DNA from: Candidatus Scalindua sp.
GTDB lineage: Bacteria > Planctomycetota > Brocadiia > Brocadiales > Scalinduaceae
NCBI GenBank assembly: GCA_031316235.1
Contig: JALDRA010000001.1
Span: forward strand, 750,001-782,000
Direction: 5' to 3'
Length of the DNA stretch: 32,000 nucleotides
A program made the translations under genes and the position numbers. Below are positions 16,442 through 24,470 of this stretch, one piece after another. Under the pieces are notes generated by a model, which was given only the letters and a program-made list of their open reading frames with translations, did not search any database and was not told where the DNA came from. Within the stretch, counting starts at the first letter, position 1, and each line of letters opens with the position of its first letter.

Positions 16442-17152
16442 ATGAATGAATTGAGAAACATCATAACAAGGGGTTTCACGATCTTCCTCATTACGACAAT
16501 ACCGTGTACCATACTGCTCACCATCTACTTTGTTACTTCTCCGAGAATAGCAGAATATCATGAGATAAAATTGAAAAAATCTGTCCTTGATATTTTTAAA
16601 ATTCCCTATAAAGTTAATGAGCGGCAACTCTTCCTCTTTACATTGAGCAGTCCTGATAAAGAAGATATCAGAAAGGTTTTTGAAGACAACATAACCGTTG
16701 AAAACCTGCCAGAAACCGTAATATCAGATCGAACAGCGGGAGATCTTCAAAAAGAGAAAAAAGAGAAGAACCTCTTCAGGTATTATAAGGAGGGGAAATT
16801 AGAGGGTACAGGTTTTGTAGTAACAAAATTCGGCTATGGATTTAATAAGGCGGCCGACATTTCACTCTTTCTCTGTGTAGCCCCGGACCAGGAGACTATA
16901 AAGGGTATCGAGGTACTGGAACACGCGGAGACACCAGGCCTTGGAGGCAGAATGACTGATGATGAATTTAAGAGACAATTTATAGGGAAAAAGGTGAAAC
17001 CGAAACTCTCCTTTGTCAGCGACAGAGAATCAGCGGGTGACAACGAAGTACATGCTATTACGGGAGCTACTTACTCAAGTAAAGGGTTGGAAGCGATAAT
17101 TAATGAAGCAATGGAAACATTCTGGCAGGAAATAGAGGCGAAGAGCAAATGA
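16442..17152 (+). CDS. NqrC/RnfG-like FMN-binding subunit
   Basis: N-terminal anchor helix and VHAITGATYSSKG (the [ST]GAT flavin-attachment motif of the FMN_bind domain). His occupies the position usually held by Asp three residues before the T. Confidence 0.8.
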   Translation: MNELRNIITRGFTIFLITTIPCTILLTIYFVTSPRIAEYHEIKLKKSVLDIFKIPYKVNERQLFLFTLSSPDKEDIRKVFEDNITVENLPETVISDRTAGDLQKEKKEKNLFRYYKEGKLEGTGFVVTKFGYGFNKAADISLFLCVAPDQETIKGIEVLEHAETPGLGGRMTDDEFKRQFIGKKVKPKLSFVSDRESAGDNEVHAITGATYSSKGLEAIINEAMETFWQEIEAKSK

Positions 17153-18573
17153 ATGTGATTGCAAGATATATAAGACAAGCAGCAAAGTTCTTTTTACGGG
17201 ACAATTATATCATAACGTCCGCAGCAGGGCTCGGTTTTTGTTCAGCACTGGCAGTTACCAACAAGATGGAAAATTCCCTTACCATGAACGTTGGGATTGT
17301 TTTTGTTACCTGTGGAAGTTACTGTCTTGTGTATCCGTTCAGGAAATTAATCCTGGCATCGGGTACACATCACAGGATTACGCTCCTCATGATAATCATA
17401 TCCGTATTTGTTGCGATATTTAATCTGATAACACAGGCACTGATACCCAGGATTGCCTTTAGTATTCAGGCTTATATCGACCTTATTACCACGAACTGCA
17501 TCGTCCTTGCCGTAATTTCTGAAGGCCTGACCTATGAATTCTGGGATGCGCAGAAAAAGATCCTGAAGGCATGCCTGGGATACTCTATTGCCCTTGTCTT
17601 TTTAGCCCTTATGAGGGAACCTCTGGGATTTGGAACGATTCTTAATTTCCGGGTGCTCCCCGAGAGTTTTCCGGTAGTGATATTAATGATAACCCCTGTG
17701 GGTGGTTTTTTCGCCCTGGCGTTATGGAGACTCATGCTCAGGCCATTATTTATAAAAACAGGTGTTGTATTGCAGGAAAGGCCTCAGGAAGAAGCCCCTG
17801 AAACAGCTGCACAGGCAGCACCTCCTGCTTCCCTTCCCCCAAAATCAAAATTACCAGTGATGTCGAAAAAGTTCATCATCACTCTGGGAGTGGGAGCCGT
17901 TCTTATCGCAAGCCTACTCCTCAACCTTAAGGCTTTTCCATCGTTTCAGAGCCAGATGAGAGTCTTATTTCCCCTGTTTCTGAGCGCCCTGTTTTTTGAT
18001 GGTATCGTATTGAGTAAGCTTCTGGGAATCTGTCCTCTCTTAAATAAATCAAGACAGATTGATACCGCATGGAAAATGGGTCTGGCAGTCGTCATCGTCG
18101 TCACCTTATCCACAAGCCTTAACTGGATAGTTTATAACAAGGTATTGCTTAACGTAAGTGATTACGTTGCAACAATCTCTCCCGTTTCGATACGGCTTGA
18201 AAAGATATTCTACCTTACGGTCTTCATTGTTACCATTGCTACATTTGTACAGATACTTGGAGTACTGCTCAGACGTTTTGCAATGGACATCTATCAGCAA
18301 ATGGGTCAGTTTCTTGAACTCATCACCGTAAACTGCATCGTCCTTGCAAGCTCCACCTTTACCATCCCTTCAGGTCTCCCGTTCTGGTCTACGACTATTA
18401 CGGCCTTTGGTTTTGGTCTCCATTGGCTCATGGTATGTGTCTGGCTTGCGGTATTACGGCGTCAAAGGCTGTTTGTTGCATCAAATTCATGGGATGAAGA
18501 TTCTCTGGCAATACTCCTTTTGGGAATCATGGCAGCTATCTTTACCGGCATCGGGATGATAAACATCTTTTAA
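17149..18573 (+). CDS. Fused NqrD/RnfE-like + NqrE/RnfA-like membrane subunit (474 aa)
   Basis: The N-half has GLGFCSALAVT and IDLITTNCIVLA. The C-half has LLGICPLLNKS and LELITVNCIVLA. These are the two hallmark Cys-containing half-helices of each paralog. The halves are joined by a Pro/Ala-rich linker (QERPQEEAPETAAQAAPPASLPP) plus an extra hydrophobic helix FIITLGVGAVLIASLLLNL. The start overlaps the upstream stop (ATGA). Confidence 0.8.
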   Translation: MNVIARYIRQAAKFFLRDNYIITSAAGLGFCSALAVTNKMENSLTMNVGIVFVTCGSYCLVYPFRKLILASGTHHRITLLMIIISVFVAIFNLITQALIPRIAFSIQAYIDLITTNCIVLAVISEGLTYEFWDAQKKILKACLGYSIALVFLALMREPLGFGTILNFRVLPESFPVVILMITPVGGFFALALWRLMLRPLFIKTGVVLQERPQEEAPETAAQAAPPASLPPKSKLPVMSKKFIITLGVGAVLIASLLLNLKAFPSFQSQMRVLFPLFLSALFFDGIVLSKLLGICPLLNKSRQIDTAWKMGLAVVIVVTLSTSLNWIVYNKVLLNVSDYVATISPVSIRLEKIFYLTVFIVTIATFVQILGVLLRRFAMDIYQQMGQFLELITVNCIVLASSTFTIPSGLPFWSTTITAFGFGLHWLMVCVWLAVLRRQRLFVASNSWDEDSLAILLLGIMAAIFTGIGMINIF

Positions 18574-18636
18574 ACGTAATCGTATACATATGGCTTCAAT
18601 GAAAATACCGGAACAAAAAGTTACAGGGACCATACA

Positions 18637-20274
18637 ATGCTAACGCCTATTATATTTACCTTAATAGTTATTGTCGTACTTATGCTCGCATTGTCCGGCC
18701 TGAGCGAGATAATATACCAGCTGTTCGGCAAAGGGAAGAGACTACGGCTGGTTATCCACAGTGACAATGAATTCAAGAAGGAATTAGATTTTGAAGGCGG
18801 GGAGAAATTGCTCTCTATTCTTCAAACCAAGGGATTTAATATCTCCTCCGGATGCGGTGGAAATGCCACATGTGGGCAATGCAAGGTAAAGTTGCTTACA
18901 AACATGGGAACCTATGCTCCTACCGAGGCTCCTCTCTTTGATAGCATGGCAAGAAAAGAAACGAGGGAGTTTCTTGAAGAGGGCAAGGGTGACGGGTATA
19001 CGAGACTCTCCTGCCAGGTGAGGGTAGATAAAGATGTCGATATATATCTCCCGGGTTCAACGCTGCACGTAAAAAAATATACTGCACGAGTTTTAAAAAA
19101 GATACAACTCACCAGCGATAAATATGAAACACACCTACACCCATTTCAGAAATTTGACTTTATTCCAGGTCAATATATACAGATACGGCTCCCCGATGAT
19201 TATGTAGAGGAGCATTACAAGGAATTTGGTGAAAAGATACAGTGTTATTGCAAAGAAATTGACAAGAGATTTATACCCTATACCCCTGGACTTGATATAT
19301 ATCGTGCCTATTCATTGGCTACGACAAAAACAGAACCATTGAAATTGATTACGAGAATCGCGCCCATCAACCCCCGTGTTCCGATTGAAAAGGGAGGTGT
19401 ACCGTGTATTGGACCTCGATGTATAAAAGATTATATTCAAGATGAATCAATCTGGAATTTATGGGTTGGAGACAGAATACGGTTTACAGGTCCCTATGGG
19501 AATTTCCACCTTGTGAAGGAGAAACACCAGGCGGTCTTCGTCGCAGGTGGTGCCGGTTTAGCCCCCATCCTTGCACTGATGGAGCAGTGGTTCAATGAAG
19601 GACGTCATGAGAGTATATTTTTTTTCCTCGGTGAAAGGAGATTTCAGGATATACCTTTACGGTATATATCAAGGTGGTTAAAACAGGAGAAAGAATTTTC
19701 CAATTTCAAATTTATACCCGTTTTGTCAGGTGCGTTTAAGGGAGATGATCCGGCAGAGATGGACAGTCTGGATAAAGAGTGCCTTGATCAGGCTTCAGAT
19801 GAACTGAAGGGAGATATTTTAGAAGAGGGGCTGATAGATGAAAGCGGTGATAAATGGTCAGGCAAAACAGGTTTTATCGGCCCTTTGCTCACCGAATATC
19901 TCTCTCCCGGCGCTGACACGGTCTTCTATCTGTGTGGTCCCGCTCCCATGACCGTAACCGTTATCGATTCTGCGGCAAATAACCTCGGTATAGAGAAAGA
20001 TCGTGTCCAGTTCGATGATTTTACGGGCACACTTACGCCCTCTCTTGACCTGATCTACCAAAACATCGAGTTGAAAAAGAAAATTGAGGCGCTTCATCTG
20101 CTCCATGCCGATGAGTATCTAAAAAAGATAAGCCTCATTCTGATCATAAAGCTGATACTCAGAGATAAAATCGACGATAGTTACACGTTTCTCGATAAAG
20201 TCAAAAACATTGTGGATAATGACGGGGGGAGTAAAGAGGCCGCCCTGGAATCGTTATTGAAGGAATATGATTAG
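18637..20274 (+). CDS. NqrF-like reductase subunit (TM anchor, 2Fe-2S ferredoxin, FAD/NAD(H)-binding) with insertions and a C-terminal extension
   Basis: N-terminal TM helix. SSGCGGNATCGQCKV...RLSCQV (Cx5Cx2C...C as in NqrF). RAYSLAT (RxYS FAD motif). VFVAGGAGLAP and YLCGPAPM (NAD-binding). At 545 aa it is much longer than the roughly 400-aa size I recall for NqrF. Confidence 0.8.
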   Translation: MLTPIIFTLIVIVVLMLALSGLSEIIYQLFGKGKRLRLVIHSDNEFKKELDFEGGEKLLSILQTKGFNISSGCGGNATCGQCKVKLLTNMGTYAPTEAPLFDSMARKETREFLEEGKGDGYTRLSCQVRVDKDVDIYLPGSTLHVKKYTARVLKKIQLTSDKYETHLHPFQKFDFIPGQYIQIRLPDDYVEEHYKEFGEKIQCYCKEIDKRFIPYTPGLDIYRAYSLATTKTEPLKLITRIAPINPRVPIEKGGVPCIGPRCIKDYIQDESIWNLWVGDRIRFTGPYGNFHLVKEKHQAVFVAGGAGLAPILALMEQWFNEGRHESIFFFLGERRFQDIPLRYISRWLKQEKEFSNFKFIPVLSGAFKGDDPAEMDSLDKECLDQASDELKGDILEEGLIDESGDKWSGKTGFIGPLLTEYLSPGADTVFYLCGPAPMTVTVIDSAANNLGIEKDRVQFDDFTGTLTPSLDLIYQNIELKKKIEALHLLHADEYLKKISLILIIKLILRDKIDDSYTFLDKVKNIVDNDGGSKEAALESLLKEYD

Positions 20275-20281
20275 ACGTATC

Positions 20282-21082
20282 CTATTCAATTCTCATGGGT
20301 ATTCCCTTGTCAGACAGGAATTTCTTAACCGTAGCGACCTCGAACTCTTTGAAATGGAAGACGGAAGCGGCCAGGGCAGCATCCGCTTTGCCCAGGGTAA
20401 ATACCTCATAAAAATGATCAAGTGTTCCCGCACCACCCGAAGCGATGACAGGTATCTCAAGGTTCTCTGAAATTGTCCTCGTGAGTTCCAGGTCATATCC
20501 ATCCTTTGTACCGTCACAATCCATGCTTGTAAGGAGGATCTCTCCTGCCCCCCGTGACGCTATCTCCTTTGCCCACTCGCAGACATCGAGACCGGTTGGA
20601 GTGCGACCGCCATGAATATAGACTTCCCAGCGAGGCATGTTGGTCGGGTGAGGCGATAGTCTGCCTGAGGAACCGCTCTTCACCCTTTTTGCATCAATAG
20701 CCACAACGATACATTGACTGCCGAAACGCCTTGATGCCTTACTTACAAAATCAGGATCGTTTACGGCTGTGGTGTTGATGGATATTTTGTCTGTACCGGC
20801 ATTGAGTAGTGACCGAATATCCTCAATCGTCCTGATCCCGCCACCTACCGTTAGAGGCATGAATACCTTTTCTGCTGTTCTCCGAACTACATCAATAATA
20901 ATGTCTCTCTTTTCATGAGAAGCCGAAATATCAAGAAATACTATTTCATCTGCACATTGCCTGTCGTACAATTCAGCTATTTCCACGGGATCACCAGAAT
21001 CTCTTAAATCCAGAAATTTTGTCCCTTTTACGACTCTTCCGTCTTTAACGTCAAGGCAGGGGATTATTCTTTTTGCAAGCAT
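20282..21082 (-). CDS. hisF: Imidazole glycerol phosphate synthase, cyclase subunit
   Basis: [20 protein letters not shown]..., [33 protein letters not shown]. Classic HisF throughout. Confidence 0.95.
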   Translation of the reverse strand: MLAKRIIPCLDVKDGRVVKGTKFLDLRDSGDPVEIAELYDRQCADEIVFLDISASHEKRDIIIDVVRRTAEKVFMPLTVGGGIRTIEDIRSLLNAGTDKISINTTAVNDPDFVSKASRRFGSQCIVVAIDAKRVKSGSSGRLSPHPTNMPRWEVYIHGGRTPTGLDVCEWAKEIASRGAGEILLTSMDCDGTKDGYDLELTRTISENLEIPVIASGGAGTLDHFYEVFTLGKADAALAASVFHFKEFEVATVKKFLSDKGIPMRIE

Positions 21083-21334
21083 TTCAGGTAAGGATTCAGA
21101 AAAAAAAAATAACTTGATACTTTAACGTGTTCAGTTCCAGGTCATGGTTAACTGCAGTTTCAGCAAGTGAAGAGCGGAAGAAAAGATCACCTGATGCCTG
21201 CAAACGAGATGGGGTGGGGAGTGCCAGGGTATTTTATCTGTCTCCCTGGAGAACAACCTGCCGAACGGTTCGCATCTCAAGCTGTTACTGAAGCCGGCAC
21301 TTCCCGGGTTAATACGTGACCAGATTCAGCCAGG

Positions 21335-24289
21335 TCACAATCCCTTCCGTTCACAGAGCCTTTCAAAAGCGATTTCGCGACAATCAGGAGCGACATCTAT
21401 AATGTGAGGTTCCAGATCGGTTTGGACAAGCCTTTCGGTCCCCTTGGTTAGCAATCCATTAAACTCGGGGAATTTTTCTACCAACAGTTTTCTGATTGAG
21501 GTAATAGTACTGAAATCCTTCAATCCACCAATCTTCGCCAGAAGGCTGGTGTTAGTCGAATCATCACCAACAGGAAGGTTCGTGTTTAAGAATGCAAGAT
21601 ATCCCTTGTCAGTAAGCACTGCTCCCTCGCTCCTTAACGGGTCGACCAACGGTATGTGTACGTCCGCCTCCACATCACACCTGTAGTTACTCATCGCAAT
21701 GACTTTAACGGGTGCAGTAAGTTTGGTTTCCAGACATACTCCTACAAGCAAAATGCAATCTACTTCAGGGTTATCCCAGGGCTTTGCACCAATCTTACTT
21801 AAAAAGGCCGCATTGGCACTATTTTTCAGTTTGGCATGCGGAAATTTGTTCGGTTCTGATTTTTTACCCGGCAGATAATAGAGAGTACCCTTTTTCTCAT
21901 CGCAGAGACTTTTTGCGGTAAAAAGAGTCTCAACGGTTAATCTGGGAGAAACAATAACAGCCAATTTCTTCGCATTGTCCAGGATACTTCGAGAACTGTC
22001 CAGCCGGTCTCTGAGTTCGTTATCACCAAGCTCAATGCCCTTATCCTGCAGCTGATTTGAAAATCTTCCCTCTCGGCAAATCAGTGCGCTGTTGACAGGA
22101 TCGTTGTCCACGCTTTCTATTTTTGTAATCAAGCCCTCTTTGGTATGCACCTTTATAGCGCACCCCCTCTGACAGGAAGTGCAACTGCTGATAACAGTTT
22201 CGGTAAGCCAGGGACCGTATTCCTTACCGGTATTTTCCGCCAAAGCGCCGGTTGGGCACAAATCTATGCACATTCCGCAGGCGTCACAGTCAGTATCCTG
22301 AAGCCGATCCTCAAAGTTCGGTGCAACCTTTGTGGAGAAACCCCTGTTCACAAAAGACAAGGCTGAAATATTTCTCACTTCACTACAGATCCTTACACAG
22401 CTGCCGCACGTAATGCATTTATCCGCTTCAATACAGATAAAGGGATGCCTGGTATCAACATGGTACTCTCTCCGGTCACCCTTAAATTTCACATCACCGA
22501 TGCCGTACTCGGTGGAGTAATCCCTGAGGTCACAATCAAAACGAGCCTTACAGCCGCACTCTATGCAGCGAGTGGCTTCAGCCATTGCTTGAGCTTCATT
22601 GATACCGACATTTATGGCGTTATACCCCCCCCCTGCCATCCTCACTTTAGCAGGATATGTAGCTTCCATGGCCCGCTTCTGATGAACATAACGGGGTGAA
22701 TAATCTGCCATATCAAGATCTTTCAATCTCCCTTTGGTAATCTGATACTCCTTTTTAATTTCAACTTTGGCACCGCTCAAGAGGAGATTGATCGCTTTCG
22801 CCGCCTGTTTTCCCTCGGATACTGCACGAATTACGGTATCAGGCCCCCATGCACAGTCCCCTGCCGTAAAAACACCCTCTACCGATGTCACCATAGATTT
22901 CTGGTCATATTTAAAGGTATTCCATCGGGTACAATCGGGTACAATCTTCTCATCTTCCACACAGGAGAGGTCTGGATCTTGTCCAATGGCGGCAATAATC
23001 AAATCAAATTCAAGATCTTCTCCGCTCCCCTCAATTGGCTCAGGCCTTCTCCTGCCGGAATCATCAGGATCCCCAAGTTTCATGGAAACCACCCGCAGAC
23101 CTTTAGCAATCCCGTTTTCCACAAGCACCTCCTCCGGCGCAGTCAGATACCTGAACTCCACACCCTCTTCCATGGTCTCATCCTGCTCATGCTGGAGTGC
23201 CGGCATCTCTTCCTGTGATCTTCGGTAAATCAGGGTAACATTTCTTGCACCGCATCGCATTGCGACCCTTGCACAGTCCATCGCTGTGTCGCCCCCTCCC
23301 AGAACAGCAACACTTCTCCCCATTTTTACCGGTTCCTCAAGCACAACCTTACGGAGAAAATCAATCCCTCCGATTACACCCACAGCCTCTTCATTTTTTA
23401 TCCCCATCTTTTTGGCTTTATGTGCACCGATAGCCAGAAGTACCGCTTCTGCACCATTGCTTTTGAGATCTTCAATAGTAAAATCCTTACCCAGTCTCTG
23501 ATTGTAATGCACTGTTACCCCAAGATCAATGATTGCACTGATTTCTTTATCCAGTTTATCCCATGGCAACCTGAATTTTGGTATACCGTATCGCGTCATC
23601 CCTCCCAGGGCAGGTAGAGCTTCATAGAGATCCACCGCATGCCCCTGCTGCCTCAGAAAATAGGCCGCAGAGAGTCCTGCCGGTCCACCACCCACAATTG
23701 CCACCTTTCTGCCGGTATCCGGTAGCGTCTCAGGGAGAAACGGACCATACTCCAATTCATATTCAGATGCAAACCTCTTCAGTGGGTTAATGGCTACCGG
23801 TTCGTCAACGAGACCTCTTCTGCATTGAGCTTCACACGGATGGGGACAAATTCTCCCGCAAACGACCGGAAGAGGATTTCTCTCTTTGATTAATCTGACT
23901 GCAGCAGGATAATTTCCGTTTGATATATGTGCTATGTATCCCTGAACATCAATGTTTGAAGGGCAGGTGTCCTCACAGGGTGCAATACAGTCACCGCTGT
24001 GGTCAGACAACAGAAGGTCAAGGGCCATTCTCCGGGTTTTCCTGATCGCTTCAGTATCGGTCATGATCGCCATACCCGGTGTTACCGCTGTACTGCAGGC
24101 GGGTATCATGTTCTTTGCTCCCTTTACCTCTACAACACATAAAAAACAGCTTGTATACGCTTTTAATCTATCGTCAAAACAGAAGGTCGGAATCTCAATC
24201 CCCTGACTTTTTGCCGCCTCTCTGATTGTTGCACCAGAGGGGACCTCTATCTCTTTACCATTTAATGTTATTATGACATTCTCACTCAT
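21335..24289 (-). CDS. Multidomain Fe-S flavoprotein: 2Fe-2S ferredoxin + GltD-like FAD/NAD(P)H module + NuoG-like Fe-S domains + short MopB-like tail
   Basis: N-terminus TFCFDDRLKAYTSCFLCVVEV...IPACST (2Fe-2S). DHSGDCIAPCEDTCP...VCGRICPHPCEAQC (GltD-type clusters). VAIVGGGPAGLSAAYFL and VAVLGGGDTAMDCAR (two dinucleotide folds). CITCGSCVRIC, CDACGMCIDLCPTGAL, CTSCQRGCAIKV (MopB-type 4Fe-4S). About 280 aa follow the last motif. Start chosen at MSENVII (cat at 24287-24289). Confidence 0.75.
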   Translation of the reverse strand: MSENVIITLNGKEIEVPSGATIREAAKSQGIEIPTFCFDDRLKAYTSCFLCVVEVKGAKNMIPACSTAVTPGMAIMTDTEAIRKTRRMALDLLLSDHSGDCIAPCEDTCPSNIDVQGYIAHISNGNYPAAVRLIKERNPLPVVCGRICPHPCEAQCRRGLVDEPVAINPLKRFASEYELEYGPFLPETLPDTGRKVAIVGGGPAGLSAAYFLRQQGHAVDLYEALPALGGMTRYGIPKFRLPWDKLDKEISAIIDLGVTVHYNQRLGKDFTIEDLKSNGAEAVLLAIGAHKAKKMGIKNEEAVGVIGGIDFLRKVVLEEPVKMGRSVAVLGGGDTAMDCARVAMRCGARNVTLIYRRSQEEMPALQHEQDETMEEGVEFRYLTAPEEVLVENGIAKGLRVVSMKLGDPDDSGRRRPEPIEGSGEDLEFDLIIAAIGQDPDLSCVEDEKIVPDCTRWNTFKYDQKSMVTSVEGVFTAGDCAWGPDTVIRAVSEGKQAAKAINLLLSGAKVEIKKEYQITKGRLKDLDMADYSPRYVHQKRAMEATYPAKVRMAGGGYNAINVGINEAQAMAEATRCIECGCKARFDCDLRDYSTEYGIGDVKFKGDRREYHVDTRHPFICIEADKCITCGSCVRICSEVRNISALSFVNRGFSTKVAPNFEDRLQDTDCDACGMCIDLCPTGALAENTGKEYGPWLTETVISSCTSCQRGCAIKVHTKEGLITKIESVDNDPVNSALICREGRFSNQLQDKGIELGDNELRDRLDSSRSILDNAKKLAVIVSPRLTVETLFTAKSLCDEKKGTLYYLPGKKSEPNKFPHAKLKNSANAAFLSKIGAKPWDNPEVDCILLVGVCLETKLTAPVKVIAMSNYRCDVEADVHIPLVDPLRSEGAVLTDKGYLAFLNTNLPVGDDSTNTSLLAKIGGLKDFSTITSIRKLLVEKFPEFNGLLTKGTERLVQTDLEPHIIDVAPDCREIAFERLCERKGL

Positions 24290-24470
24290 TATCAATACCT
24301 GGAGTTTTAATTATGTAAAGTAAAATTTCTATTTAGTAGTTGAACGGAATCTACCCGTCTCATGCGTTGCAGTAATAATTCCTTACTCTCCGCTTACTTT
24401 CCGGTTATTAAATCAGCACGCATTTTGTCACTGAGCAGTTTTTTTCCAGTCACGGGTTTCCGTTCACCTA

